Part shown: piece by piece, positions 25,539-39,287 of the stretch | Position numbering within the stretch: position 1 is the first letter of the stretch | How the letters are laid out: each line of letters begins with the position of its first letter | Source of the DNA: the human T2T-CHM13v2.0 reference genome, Homo sapiens | Assembly: GCF_009914755.1 (NCBI RefSeq) | Contig: NC_060936.1 | Reading direction: 5' to 3' (one strand) | Length of the DNA: 64,000 nucleotides | Program-made: the position numbers and the translations under genes | Notes under the pieces: generated by a model | Databases searched by the model: none | Seen by the model: only the letters and a program-made list of their open reading frames with translations | What the model was told of the DNA's origin: nothing

Positions 25539-26251
25539 GATATAAAATATTAGCATATCAGTATTTTCATTCTTAAAAATTATCTGGAGAGCAACTAACA
25601 ATGCCGCTGGATAATTAAGTTATACATTTTCTACAATCAGAAGGGCGAGAAGAATCAACTCTCTAGATCTCGCATACACTATGGTATATATATAAGCATT
25701 GGAGTTGTATTTTAGTCATTTCTGACTACTCGTTTTTAAAATCTTTTAGTCCCTGAGGATTTCTATCTGTGCAGATGTATAGACAATCTGACATTTTTGA
25801 AATTTTGTAAGTGCAGCATAAAATCAAAGAAGGAAGTTGGTTTTGGGCCTCTATCTTCACCCATTTGCTATGAGGCTTCTGGTCCTGGGGAAGCCTTTTC
25901 CCCTAACCATTGAAGAGTTCAAGTTGTGATTCTCTTCATCTCTTCTCATAGACAAAGCACTTGAGTCACCATATTTTTATCATCTAATTAAGCTCCAGCA
26001 TAAGATTTTATCGAAATCTCCCTATAATAGTTATTTTTCATCTACATATTTTTGTATTTAGTTTAAATTAATCTTTTCTACAATATCCTGTCTGATCCTG
26101 ACATTGTACGCAGTGCGCTGGCAAGGTCTTATGTGATTTAATAACATTGCCTGGCTCAGGATGAATTTAGTTCAGTTCTTACAGTTCAAGTTCCATAAGG
26201 CATTGTAATAACTTTATAGTATATTGCAAGACTATTAAAATAATCACTCCA

Positions 26252-26550
26252 GGCTGGGCGCAGTGGCTCATGCCTGTAATCCCAGCACTTTGGGAGGCCG
26301 AGGTGGGCGGATCACCTGAGGTTGGGAGTTCGGGACCAGCCTGACCAACATGGAGAAACCCCGTCTCTACTGAAAACACAAAATTAGCCGGGCATGGTGG
26401 CGCATGCTTGTAATCCCAGCTACTTGGGAAGGCTGAGGCAGGCGAATCACTTGAACCTGGGAAGCAGAGGTTGCGGTGAACCAAGATCGCGCCTTTGTAC
26501 TCCAGCCTGGGCAATGAGAGCGAAACTCCGTCTCAAATAATAATAATAAT
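26252..26550 (+). mobile_element. AluSp with (AAT)n tail
   Basis: 'cctgaccaacatggagaaacc', 'ttgcggtga'; TSD aataatca(c/g)tcca at 26239-26251 and 26551-26563. Confidence 0.96.
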
Positions 26551-28083
26551 AATAATCAGTCCAAAAATCCAAGCTCTCCAGAGTCCTTCTAATGAAATTG
26601 TAATTTATTCATGAGTAGACATAATTTGAAATAATAGATCACATCCTGCATCATCCTGTGTTATTATATTTTGCACATTAATATATATGTCCTTTAACTT
26701 ACTGTATCTCATAACAATATGAGTTTCAATATCTCATATTGAAACATCACAAATATTTGTTATTAGATTAAATAAATGAACAAATACTTATTAGATCTAT
26801 TATATTGAGTGATCAAATTTCATTTTATCTATCTGTAAAACATAGAGATTTTCAAAAGCAATTTTATTCACACAATAGATTCTTTTGCATCAAATGGTCA
26901 ATTAATTTGACTAATCTTTTTTAAATAAAAATATTCTAGTAAATTCAAACAAAATTAATTTGACTGCTTTTTGTCCTGATTGACTGATCGATTAGTCATT
27001 TGACCCAAAGTATTCATATTGATTTCTTGTTTAGTTAAAGCCCGTGTCTCCTAGAGTCCCAGTTCTACTAACTTCCATCTAATAAAATCATTTCTTATAC
27101 TGTCTTAATATATTGAGACTCAAATTATGTAGTAGAAAATAATTTAGTCAATCAGATATCTGTGGCTAAAATATGGTATGCTGAACTTTACATATTCAGA
27201 AATTATAGCCTTAACACTTGTAAGACTATTTTAAATAATCACAGAAAATAAAATGTAATATTCTGGATACATAACTAAAATTATACATACAGAAAAATTC
27301 AATTTGCCTCTTTATGCACAGTTTAAGTGATTCTTTGCAAATTTATTTGGTTATTTTTAGTATAGCTATAACAAATTTTCAAATAATTGACTCAGGTCTG
27401 TCTCTACAATATCCAGAATATCTGACTGCCACTCATTTTCTCCATCTTTTTGATTTATTGACAATTGCCTAGATTAATACCAATATGATTGGAATAATTA
27501 ACTCTAGGCTTCAATGCCAACTCTATAAATAACTGCATTTTTATATCTCTGATACTTTAGCAAATGGAAATATGGAAAACAGTACATCTGAAGCATAGCA
27601 AGACTTTTAAGAAGATTTACCGTAAAAACCTCAAGTTTAAGCTTTGAATATCAGCAAAATTAAGATAAGTTTATAAATGATTAAAAATAATTATAACCAT
27701 TGCTAGTAAGAAAGAAGTGTTTAGTCAGGAACTAGAGAGGTCTACCCTATCCAATATTGTTTCTACCTATGGAGACTTTATAGGCATACTAACAAAATTC
27801 TTGATAAAGGATGTGAATTTTAAAATGCACTATATTTCCATACGAAGATGTCAAAATACCTTCAACGTCTTTTGTGCTTGTTGACAAAAAGAGTGAAATT
27901 CTGTAAAATACTTTTAGAGATTTATTCTGAGCCAAATATGAGTGATCATGGCCCGTGACACAGCCCTCAGGAGGTTCTGAGATCATGTGCCCAAGGTGGT
28001 TGGAGTACAGCTTGGTTTTATATATTTTAAGGAGGCATGAGACATCAATCAAATACATTTAAGAAATACATTGGTTTGGTTCA

Positions 28084-28494
<411 letters not shown>

Positions 28495-28594
28495 TTAAGA
28501 TAAAAGATTGTGGAGACCAAGAGACCAAGGTCCTTTTGAAGTCTTATTGTGGCTGCCCTTAGAGACAACAGATGACAAATGTTTCTTATTTAGA

Positions 28595-28812
28595 TTTTTT
28601 TTTTTTTTGAGACAGAGTCTTGCTCTGTCAATTCTCCTGCCTCAGCCTCCTGAGTAGCTGGGATTACAGGAGTGCACCACTACACCCGGCTAATTTTTCT
28701 ATTTTTAGTAAAGACGGGGTTTCACCATGTTGGCCAGGCTGGCCTTATGAGCCCCACCCACCTCAGCCTCCCAAAGTGCTGGGATTACAGGACTGAGCCA
28801 CCACGCCCGGTC
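28595..28812 (-). mobile_element. AluS with internal deletions
   Basis: T14 tail; 'gagacagagtcttgctctgtc|aattctcctgcc' skips ~65 nt of the right arm. Confidence 0.95.
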
Positions 28813-29834
28813 CTGTTTAGATCTTTAAAAGGTGCTAGACTTAATCTCTTAGTTAATCTCTTCAGGATTGGGAGGGCCCGGAAGAAAAAGATCGAGCTAT
28901 GTCAGTAGAGATTCTTTACAGATGCGAGTTCCCCCACAAAGCTCACCTTTGCAGGGCCATTTCAAGATATGGCAGAGAAATGTGTTTTTCCTTGTTATGC
29001 CAGAGCCAGATTGGAAAGTAAGTCATGATATACAGGGTTAAATAAAACCCATTCTGATGAGAATTTATGGTTTGTGAGAATTTATGACTTGCCAGACTCC
29101 TTAGATAGGAATTTGAGCAATTAAAAAAAAAATCAGAGATTTGTCCTCATGCTGAATCCAATAAATCAGGTACTAAGACTTCAACTTTTCCCTAACATCA
29201 CTCCAATTTAGATATTGTTCAGAACCAACAATTGACAATAAAAGACTTTAAAATATAAATGAACATTTTCTAAATTAACGGTAGTACAATATCTCAAACT
29301 GAGATGAAACATGATCACACTCTACTTTCATTGGGAGTTTATGACTGAAGTTTTTATTTCAAATGTTGAAGCTTACAGCAAATTACATGGTACAGTGACT
29401 TACACAAGGAAAGATTCAAGGCACCAAGTATGTTAATGCTACAGGAGAGAAGATTAGAGGAGGAAGCTGAAAAGAATGATTCCTTTATTCTCACAGGAAT
29501 GAGAAACTCCAGATTGATATAGAAGCCATTTAACATAAATGTAAATTTTATGAGAAAACAGCTGAAATTACAATTTAATATTTATCAAGCTATGTGATAA
29601 CTTGCTTATTTTGATGCAGTAGAAGAAATCATGAAAACCTGTTCATAGAGTGTTCTATGTTTCCAAAAATTCTATGCTCTTTAATGATGCATAATTAAAT
29701 AAAAATAACATATAAAATGGGAAAACACTTACACCACGTATAAGAAGTTAATGTTACATAAAGAGCTCAAACTATACGTGTTCTAAAATCCTAAAACATA
29801 AACAGAATAAAGCAATTACAATTTGTTGTCATAA

Positions 29835-30597
29835 ACTTGTCCACAATAATATCTAATGATTCTCTGTATTCCTGTGGTTATGTTTCCTTTCTTTGTGCTT
29901 TTCTTTATTTGGGTCTTCTGAGTTTTTTTTTTTTTTTTTTTTTCTTGGTATAACAAAAAGTTTCAGTTTTGTTTATCTTTACCCTCCAAAAAAAAAAAAA
30001 AAAAGCTTTTGTTGTGTCACCTCTCTTCTGTATTTTATAATCTCGATTTCATTTCTTATTGCTCTGATCTTTATTTCTTGCCTTGTACTAATTTGGTTTT
30101 GGTTTGTTTTTGCTTTTGTGGTTCCTCGAGTTGCATCATTAGGTTGTTTATTTGAAATATTTCAACTTTGTAATGTAGGCATTTATTGCTATAGAATTCA
30201 CTCTTAGTACTGATTTTACTTTATCTTTTAGATTTTGGTATGTTGTGTTTTGATTTTGATTTGTTTCAATATTTTAAAATTTCCTTCTTAATTTCTTCAT
30301 TGACCTATAGGTTATTCAGGAGGATGTTGTTTAATTTCCATGTGTTTTTCTAGTTTATAAGATTCTTCTTATTAATGATTAGTAGTTTTATTTTATATGG
30401 TCTGTAAAGACACTGGGTATGATTTCTACATTTTTGAATTTGTTCACCTCTCTGCGTCCCCAGGAACTTACTCATTCTTACATTTGAGCTGTGGGATATT
30501 ACCGGTAATAATCTTGGTGATATATATTTGTTTTTGATTTTCTGTTCTGGGGAGTGAAGCAAGCTTGCTTCTCCACCACCATTTTGGAAAGGAAGAG
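29835..30597 (-). mobile_element. Internally deleted L1MA-type element (5' end fused to ORF2 EN region)
   Basis: 30445-30597 is the reverse-complement homolog of 15464-15617; 29835-30444 is homologous to ORF2 from ~18291. Confidence 0.85.
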
Positions 30598-30676
30598 CAC
30601 AAATACCCTTTAGAAAGTATGAGAAATTGTTATAAAGTCTATGCTAAGCAATACTATAATATGATTATTGGATTGG

Positions 30677-31141
30677 TATTGGGAGATGATTCTCCACAGG
30701 TCTGTTTTACTTCTGTACACCTTATGAACAGAAACAGTGATGGTCTTTGTTCTAGATAATATTTTCAAGGATATTTTTATAACAGTCTTGGAAGATAGAT
30801 ATGGTCTTTTGTACTGTTTATAGGGAAAAATGTGTTTCTCCAGGGCAAACGGCAGTTATGCCCATTGCACATTATAAAACAATTAGATTCCTTAAATTCA
30901 GTGTTCTTCTCCTGTAACAGAGCCGATGGCATGTGCAGGTGTCATCCACCCCCTTTTCATGTCACCTATGGTATTTGGGGCCTGAGGAACTCATATAAGA
31001 AAAATGATACATACTAGCTATTGCTATTTTGTAAGTAATAAACTGTCATTTGTCCCTGACCCAGGAGTCTCATGGTTCTGCCAGCATCCATGGCAGACAA
31101 CCTGTTAGGTTGCCAATAGGGTAAAACCCAAGTTTTTGACA
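30677..31141 (+). mobile_element. ERV solo LTR, LTR47-like
   Basis: 'ttgggagatgattctcca', 'agtaataaactgtc...tgacccaggagtctc', ends 'ttgaca'; LTR class confident, family name from recall. Confidence 0.7.
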
Positions 31142-31159
31142 TTTGAAATAGAGACAATA

Positions 31160-31393
31160 GAATGTGTTTAGAAGGAACAGAAACTTTAGAATCAGACCAT
31201 TTCACATTCAAATTTGATCTCTGCCTCTATGTGATCATAGATAAGACTAAAAACTTTTCTAAGTCCCAATTTTCTCATCTGCAAAATGGAGGATAATGCC
31301 TAACTTTTGATATTTATGAGACTATTAACAGAAAGCACAAGTAACATGCTGACATTTTGCCTGGCACATACAAAAATATAATTAATGCCTATC
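31160..31393 (+). mobile_element. MIR SINE
   Basis: 'ttttctcatctgcaaaatggaggataat...tgcctggcacata'. Confidence 0.75.
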
Positions 31394-32299
31394 TTTGTCT
31401 TTCCTTCTTTTTTTCTTCCCCAAATCTATGTTAGTAATTCTACTCAGGAATATCAATCAGCAGAAGATTAACTTGCAATTTATAAAAGCAATTATTTTGT
31501 ATTAGTCTCTTTCTCACCTGACATGATGGTCAGCCAAGATCTGCAGCTGCACTGCCTGGCAGGTGAGACTGTAGCCTGGTCATCTAATCTGTTACGAGCT
31601 TTCTAATCATTAATGAATCAAGTCCAGAAATGCTCCTTTATAGTATTAATATCATTGGCAAAAGTGTCTGGAGAGAAATGATCAGGCAGCATCTTAGTAA
31701 AGCTACTCTGGCAAGTGGAAGATAGGAAGGAAGAATGTATTTGCTCTTTTCGTTTTCTTTTTTCTATTTTTTCCCACCTCTGCCTAGGGGTTTTCTTATC
31801 TTAGGTCTCTGACCTTACTCCAAAATTTATCTGAGACAAATTTCTCAGCAAAACTGTCTGAAGCAATTTTCGCTTTCTCTTCTGTCTCATCATTTTCAAA
31901 AGACCTGGATATGGTTCAAATGATTCTTCCATCTGTTTCTTCTAATTCCTTGACCTCAATCCTTTTCCTTAGAGTTATATCTCCCTTGAACACTCATTAC
32001 TGCCTGGGAGCTGACTCAAGGTTGCTTCCCTCCCTCTGAGTTGGTGATGGTGCTGTGCCAGATTCTCCTGAGAGCAGGGAGCTTGTGTGAGTTCTGTTCT
32101 GATATTTTCCAGGCAACCATTTGTGACTCTGTCTGGTCTTAGTCCCAGAATTCCATGTGTTCACAGGCCAGTTTATGTGATTTGCCTTCTAGAACAAGGC
32201 TGGGGCATATTATGTTGAGAAAAAAGTGATAACAGAAAAAAAATGTATCAATAGGAAGATAGTCAATTATATAATATGCCCCTAATGCTAGATGTTTGT

Positions 32300-33045
32300 T
32301 GTTGTTTTCTCAGTCTATTGCTATTATAAAGAAAGTATTATAATGAATTCACATTTACATATATCATACTGTATACATGCATGTAAATTAGCAGAATAAA
32401 TTCTCAGAAGTAGAGACTAATAAATCAACAGTGAAGGCATTTTTATTTTAATGGTCATTCTCAAGTTGCCTCCACAGGGTCTCACTATTTTACACCCAAT
32501 AGCAACATATTAGAGAAGTTATTTTTTTTCACAAACTTGCCAATAGAGTTGTAAATTTTACGTTCTTGTCATGTATATTATAGGTTAAAAATTATATCTT
32601 GGTGTAGTTTTGGGTTTGTTATTCCTTTGTTCTGATCCCAAAATCAGATTTATTTTGAGAGACATTGACTATGCTTTCATATATTTAAGGGACATCTGTT
32701 TTTTTTTTTCTTTTAACTTATAAACATCAGGTTCATATTTGTCCATTTTTCTGTTGGGTGCCGGTTTTCTACTACTTAGTTTTAAGGAGCTTCCATATAT
32801 TCTCTCTGTGATGTACATGATTTGAGAGTTTTGTAATTTGCTTTGGATTATAGTGTTTTAAATAATACAAAAGTTTTGTATGTCTTGTCTATATCTGTTG
32901 ATGAAGTTGAATTTATAAAACTTTTAATGAATTCTGGATTTGAGGTCATAATTTGAAAGGCCTTCTCTCCTCCAGCACTATAAAGGTATGACCTTGTATT
33001 TTCTTCTAGTATTTATATGGTCTTGTTTTCTCCTTCAAACTTAAT
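32300..33045 (-). mobile_element. Old L1ME-type fragment
   Basis: 'ttgctattataaa', 'ttgtccatttttctgttggg', 'ttttcttctagtatttatatgg'. Confidence 0.65.
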
Positions 33046-33424
33046 TACCACCTGTCCTGTTGTCTGTAACAATGTGACAGTCCTGTGCTGACTAAATTTG
33101 GGATCTCAGGGAGAAAAGAGTAAATACATAGTATAGAATAAAAATAATAAACATCTGAGTTCATGAATTTATTATTTTCAGTTTTTTCTTTGGTAAAATA
33201 AGGCTTCAACATGTTATGAAAATGAAGGATAATTTCTTGTTGAATTTTTGGATAATTTGTGAGAAAGTACAAATATTTTTGGAAGAGTAGATTATATGAC
33301 TAGTGTCCTTGGTTTCTTCAAGACAGCCTTTTTTTTTTTTTTTTTTGGTGAAAGGCATAGCAGTCTACTTTCAGACAAGAAAAGACTAGAAAATATTAAC
33401 CCCATCCAGGTATTTTCTCACTTT

Positions 33425-33640
33425 AGCATAGAAGAGAAAAATTGAGAACATGGGCTTTGCTACCAGGCACCTCTCCCTACTGGCTATGTTACTTTTGGGA
33501 AGTCATTTAACTTTCGGCCTCAGTTTCTTTATAGGCAGACTATGGAAAATAATTTTTTCTTCATAAAGTGTAAAGGATTACATTAGATAAAGTGCTAAGC
33601 AAAGTGGCTGGCATATGGTGAAATTCAATTAATAACTATT
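33425..33640 (+). mobile_element. MIR SINE
   Basis: 'tgggaagtcatttaactttcggcctcagtttc...gctggcatatggt'. Confidence 0.7.
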
Positions 33641-34679
33641 TTCAGTTATCGAAGTTGGATTTTATTTCACGTGATTTCATAATTTTTTTGAAGATTGAAA
33701 TATGATTAGGAATATAACCATTTATGTTAACCAGAAATAAAGGAAGCATTGAATCATAAGCTAATATGAATTTTAAAATGTGTTGTCTCATTACACTGAT
33801 TGAAAATAGCAACTTTGGTCTATGAGATGAGGCCTTGGAGATACTCATCTCCAGAGTATCCAGAAAATAACCTTGAAAGAACTCACTGGCTGATGACTAT
33901 AATTTGGCTAGTCCTACATCTTTCTAGTGGAATCTAGGGTAAAATATACAAATCAAGTGATACATTTTGAAAAAGGCCCTGCTGTGGCAGTATCCTGCAT
34001 TTTAAGTGTACATCAAAGTTTTCTGGAGACACCTTGAGATGGATGTTCTGTGTATAGTGTCACGTTTTTAGACATGTCCCCAAGGTTTTATTATTCTGTC
34101 TCTTCATTCTTGCACTTCAGCAGCTAGAAATGGCTTTGCTGCTTCAAACTCCTGTGATACGTCTTTACTATAAATTTAGATTTTCAATGCCATTGTCATT
34201 TGGTGAAGAAATGTGCAAATCAGCATATTCTTTTTGAAGTGCATTTTGGCTAAATTATCTTTACTTAACAAATAGCTCTTAAACAAAAGGCATGCGTAAT
34301 AATCACATTCCTATTGTTGTTCATGCTACCTTGGCAAAACTACAGGAGACAATGAAAAGCAACGAATTGTTCTAATCTCTGAATAGTAATAAATATTTTA
34401 TTATTGTGGCTTCTAGAATTTGGCTTTATTCAAACTACTGTTGGAGAGCTAGAGCTATAGAAATGTAAATGGTATTAATGAAGTAAATATACATTCACAA
34501 GTACAAAAATAAGTAACACCTGTTCAGACAGTGGCCAATTGTTTTCTGTTGATAGAGCATTTATTTTAGCAGTGGTATCGAAATGTCGGCTAGCAATAAA
34601 AATAACACTACTAACTATTCCTACATAGTTATAAGGATGTGTGCCAATTATTACTACTAATAAAGGTAGAATGCAGCAT

Positions 34680-34865
34680 TCAGCTTTAACATTCATAAGA
34701 TGGGTGAATTTGAAGAAATTAACTGCTGTGTGCTTCAGTTTCTGCATGTTTAATGTGCGTAACAGTACCTACCTCAAAAGATGGCTGTGAAGATAAAATA
34801 AGAATGTGCATAAAAAGCTGTTAACCCATTGCCTAGTATGTAAGCACACAAGTCCAATTTATTAG
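34680..34865 (+). mobile_element. MIR SINE
   Basis: 'tgtgcttcagtttc...taacagtacctacctcaaaag...gctgtgaagat'. Confidence 0.65.
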
Positions 34866-35292
34866 TATAAAGATAGAAAAAGAAGCACATGCTTATTTTA
34901 TTGGCACAGAGTCCTAATTTATACCTCTATATGTGTCTCTTCATAGGAATTTATTTTAGACATGAAGCTTACTGCCATACTTTTATATTAAAAAATTAAG
35001 TGGTTGATTTAATTAAAATCACTAAAATAAAAACAGAATATAAACTCATATTTACAACCAGATTTTTTTTTCTGAAAGTCTGTTTATATACCTATTTTTT
35101 CAGTGTTCCAAGACTTGCAAAGAGTAATTAAAGCTTTAGTTCTTTCTGTAAGCAAAAGATTACTATATGTTCATCTGGAAAATATATGTTGTATCTGGAA
35201 TTTTTATATAAAATAGGCTACCTACTTTTCAACACTGAAAATCTGTAGAATCAGGTAATGCTCCAACTTAATGTCCTCTGAGTTTATTTTGG

Positions 35293-35536
35293 GACTGCAA
35301 CATCCAAGAAGATAGCCACTTGCCACTGATGTTTATTTACACTTAAATATAAATGAAATTTGATCATATTTTTAATTTAAAATATTTTTCATTAAGTAAA
35401 TACTATTAGCAACTTAGTGTCTCAGTTGCACTAGCCATATTTCATATCCTCAATAGTCACATGTGGCAAGTGGTTATTATATTGGACAACACAAATTAGA
35501 ACATTTCCATAGCTGCAGAAAATTCGGTTGGCTAGT
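35293..35536 (-). mobile_element. MER3 hAT MITE
   Basis: 'ctcagttgcactagccatatttca...ctcaatagtcacatgtggc...attggacaaca...agaacatttccat'. Confidence 0.8.
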
Positions 35537-35728
35537 TTTATCTTACAGAATCTTAGAAGCTACTTCATTACTGATGGGGTAACAGGCACTGACCCTGTGT
35601 GGCTTAAGATATTTTTATAATCAGACACCTCTCTAATTTTAAATTTAAGATTTTAGATGAATTCCCAACCTTATTCTGCGTTAGTATTAACCTAATTGTC
35701 ATCTGACATTAATGCTGTTACCTTAATC

Positions 35729-35927
35729 CAGTGATTCTCAACCTCGGCTGCACAATAGAATCAGTGGAACGATTTAAAAAAATCTAGATATCTAGGCCAC
35801 ATGCTATATGCTGTATTAAAGACCAACTAGAGTAGGCTCTTTAAGGAATGGCAAGCAGTCATCAGTATTTTTTTTTTTTTTTCTCCTCTCAGTAATTCCA
35901 ACATCTAGCAAAGCTTGTGAACTCTGG
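35729..35927. mobile_element. MER5B-like hAT MITE
   Basis: 'cagtgattctcaacctcggctgcacaatagaatca'. Confidence 0.7.
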
Positions 35928-36607
35928 ATCCAGTCACAGATCTGGTTTTCCCATTTGTCACTAATTTTTTCTCATCACTTTGTTATTTTATATTGCAAAG
36001 GCACATAGCTGTTACCACACATTGCATGATTTACTCTTTTCTTTTAAGATGATACTTCCTATAATTATTTCTCATGCAACATTATTTTCTCACATATTGC
36101 TTAATTTTTATTGTTACTTTTATTTCAAATCAGAAATTTTCTTTTCCAGGCACTTTTCTCATTCTCACTGCTTTTGTGCTTTTTTAGGTAATGGTGAACA
36201 AAAGTTAATATAATACATCAAAATCAGCAACGGTAGAAAAAAAAAAGATAGAAAATGATGTGCAGTAAATAAAATGACCTTTTACTACCCTTCTTCCAAA
36301 TGCTTGTAAAAAGATGAGAGTTAAGGTGCTTTTGCCCTAGAGCACAACTTTTATTACATGCATAATAATTCCTCACTTAAAAGTGTATAAATGTGGGAAC
36401 TTTTGTATTGACATCCTTCCAACAAAAATGATTTTTTAGGAAAAATTTAAAACTACCTGATTATTTGAAGAAGGCTTATGGTCCAAAAAATAACTTATAT
36501 TAAGAATTTCAGGCAAATGCTATTATAACATTTTCTTAAAATAACAGGTGAGGAAAATCTGTGGATGGTGATAATTGAGAAATACAATTTGTTAAATAAT
36601 ATTTTAA

Positions 36608-36902
36608 GGCTGGTGCAGTGGCTCACACCTGTAATCCCAGCCCTTTGGAAGCCCGAGGCAAGTGGATCATTTGAGCCCAGGAGTTCAAGACCAGCCTAGC
36701 CAACAAGGCAAAACCCCATGTCTACTAAAAATACAAAGATTAGCTGGGCATGGTGGTGTACACCTGTAATTCCAGCTATTCGGAGACTGAGGGTATGAGA
36801 ATCGCTTGAATGCTGGAGGTTGAGGTTGCAGTGAGCGAGATCATACCAGTGCACTCCAGCCTGGGCAACAGAGCAAGACTGCATCTCAAATAAACATTAA
36901 AA
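36608..36902 (+). mobile_element. Alu (AluJb/old S)
   Basis: 'ttgagcccaggagttcaagaccagcc', 'ggaggttgaggttgcagtgagc'; degenerate tail. Confidence 0.95.
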
Positions 36903-37189
36903 GGGAACATTTTAAGCCACTGTATCTACCAAAATTTTATTTTGTTCATTTATCAAAATAATTCAGTATGACAGAGACTGCTAGATGTTCCCCAATATCT
37001 ACTCTCCCTTTTTTGCAAAGTAATAAGTTGAACTTTTAGTTGAACATACTGAGTTTTAAAGAGGGAATAGGAAGAAAGTACATGCAAACTTAATATTTGA
37101 TAGGACCAAATATAATGTATATAAAGAAGATGAATACCAAATCATTATGGAGATGGTTGAATATATTAGTTGGAATCCTGGTTTAGCCC

Positions 37190-37630
37190 AATAGTAGAGA
37201 GCAGAGATTATAGTGGCTTGATCAAAAGGACCTTTTGCCCTTTCATGTGAAAGCATAAGAGTTTGGTTGAGGCTAGCATGCTAAATCTGTAATGATCAAA
37301 TATCTAGATTCCCTTTATTTTGTTGCCTTTTATCTTTAATAACAGCATCCATCTAATGACACAATATGGATTTTGCCAGTCAGAGGAAAAGAAAATAAAA
37401 ACAGAAAATAGAGGACATATTTCTTTTCTTTATAGCCATGATTTGGAAATTGCACATGGTAGGCCCATTCACATTCATTGGCTAGAACTTCATCGCACTC
37501 TCTTACCTAGTTTCAAGAGAAGTTGAGAGTTGTTGTCTTAAGTTGAGCATCTCTGTGTGTATCCAAAAATCTTATTACTACGTAAGAGAGAAAATATGCC
37601 TTTGAGAGGGAAAATACTAGTCTCTACAAT
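37190..37630 (-). mobile_element. Old MLT1-type LTR
   Basis: 'tcacattcattggctagaactt...cctagtttcaagagaagttgaga'. Confidence 0.5.
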
Positions 37631-37864
37631 AAGACACTCAAATATCCAGGCACATACTCTTACATCTACTTTAAGCATGCTCTCCTCCTCCTCAAATCAG
37701 ATGACTATTTACTGTAACCAGCTAAAAATCCAAGATTTATGGAAAATATATGGTCTTCTTCAGAACTCAAACTACAGTTTTAGAAAAGTTGTGGCCAGCC
37801 TCAAAATCTGGCTTTTTGTTAGAAGTAACTCATACAGAGCAAATTAGAAGACATCAAGTTGTAC

Positions 37865-38271
37865 TGATATAGTGTGGATATTAGTTTCTGCCCAAAATCT
37901 CATGTTGAATTGTAATCTCCAATGCTGGAGGTGGGGCCTGGTGAAAGTGTTTGGATCATGGGGGCGGATCCTTCATGGCTTGGTGCTGTCTTCATGATAG
38001 TGAGTTCTACCAAGATCTGCACATTTAAAAGTATGGCACCTCCCCCCTCAACACTCTTTCTTGTTTGCTCCTGCTTTACCATGTGAAGTGCCTGCTCCTG
38101 TTTCACCTTCTTCCATGACTGAAAGCTCCCTGAGGCTTCACCAGAAGCCAAGCAGACACTAGCATCATGCTTCCTGTAAAGCCTACAGAACTGTGAGCCA
38201 ATTCAACTTCTTTTCTTTATAAATTACCCAGTCTCAGGTATTTCTTTACAGCAAAATTTCTTTCTAATATA
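37865..38271 (+). mobile_element. MaLR solo LTR, MSTA/MSTB-like
   Basis: 'tgatatagtgtggat...aaatctcatgttgaattgtaatc...ttttctttataaattacccagtctcaggtatttcttta'. Confidence 0.92.
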
Positions 38272-38799
38272 TTTATCCTTTAGGCTTCTTCTGAAAATAT
38301 TGTCCTGCTTGAGTTGTCATTTTGTATTTCACATTAGAAAATGAAAGTTAAAAGGAGTGTCAGTGAGATGTCATTAACGGTTGAATTATCAAATCATATT
38401 CACAAAATCTAGAGAACTAGACCAATATTAAACTTAACTAAGAATTCAAAAGAAACGAAGGTGAAACGCGTCAAAGTCTGGGACTAATGACACAGCTGTC
38501 TACATCTTGCTCTGCACATTAGCATCCATCCTGCCTCAGATTTAATTTGTGAAATCTGAGTGATACCTGTGTGGCATTGCTGACACAAAGAGAGCTGTTA
38601 TGGTCATCAAACTCATTTTATACTCTGTTAATTACGCAGTGGACATGGCATTTTGCAGCAAGCCATCCTTCATAAATCTGTGAATTCCAGGTTTGTTTAC
38701 CATTAACAACATAAACAATCAAGATAAATTATTTTAAAAGCATCCAGAGATAAGAACTGTCCATTATTTTTCCACTTATGACTACTGTTACACTCATAT

Positions 38800-39287
38800 A
38801 CTATATACTATACTGCGTTTAGAGAATTAATTAGGTCATTTTTCTCAAGTAAAGATGACTTACACTAGGAGAAAATATGATAGACCATATAACACAGAGC
38901 TTAGATGTAAGCTAGTTCTAAGGTTGGTTTAGAGTCTTTATTGTAACACCATGGACCCAAGCACTTTCTCTCCTTCCTCTCTACAATTTCAATGTGCTGG
39001 ATTTAATCCTTAGGTTTATTTTCTCATGGTCAATAGAAGCTTACTGCAACTCCAGGTATCACATCCACTTTTTATGGAAAATGAAAATCTTTCCCAGAAG
39101 TTTATCAGCAAACTTAATCTTGGGTCCCATTGACATAGGTTGTCACATACCCATGGTCTACTCAGGAAAGATTGACTATCTGGCATTTTCTACCTCTGTA
39201 GTGTGGAAAGTAGAATCTACCAGGAAAGAATAATAGGGCAGAGGATGGAGCAGCTATTGTTTAAGCAATGAAAAGTATTCTCCGCAC
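38800..39287 (-). mobile_element. Old MLT1-type LTR (L/N/O-like)
   Basis: 'ggacccaagcactttc', 'ctcatggtc...ctgcaactccaggtatcacatcca', 'tttcccagaag'. Confidence 0.55.

Noticed and set aside
26224-27242. Two similar ~24-mers (ttgcaagactatt...aataatcac) about 1 kb apart
   Set aside because: Very AT-rich with mismatches and an indel; similarity does not extend into the flanks.
29923-30004. T21 and A17 runs able to pair
   Set aside because: Independent homopolymer expansions within L1; low complexity.
30556-30571. 16-bp perfect palindrome gaagcaagcttgcttc
   Set aside because: Lies in the L1 5'UTR, where the sister copy shows a related imperfect palindrome; few substitutions are needed.
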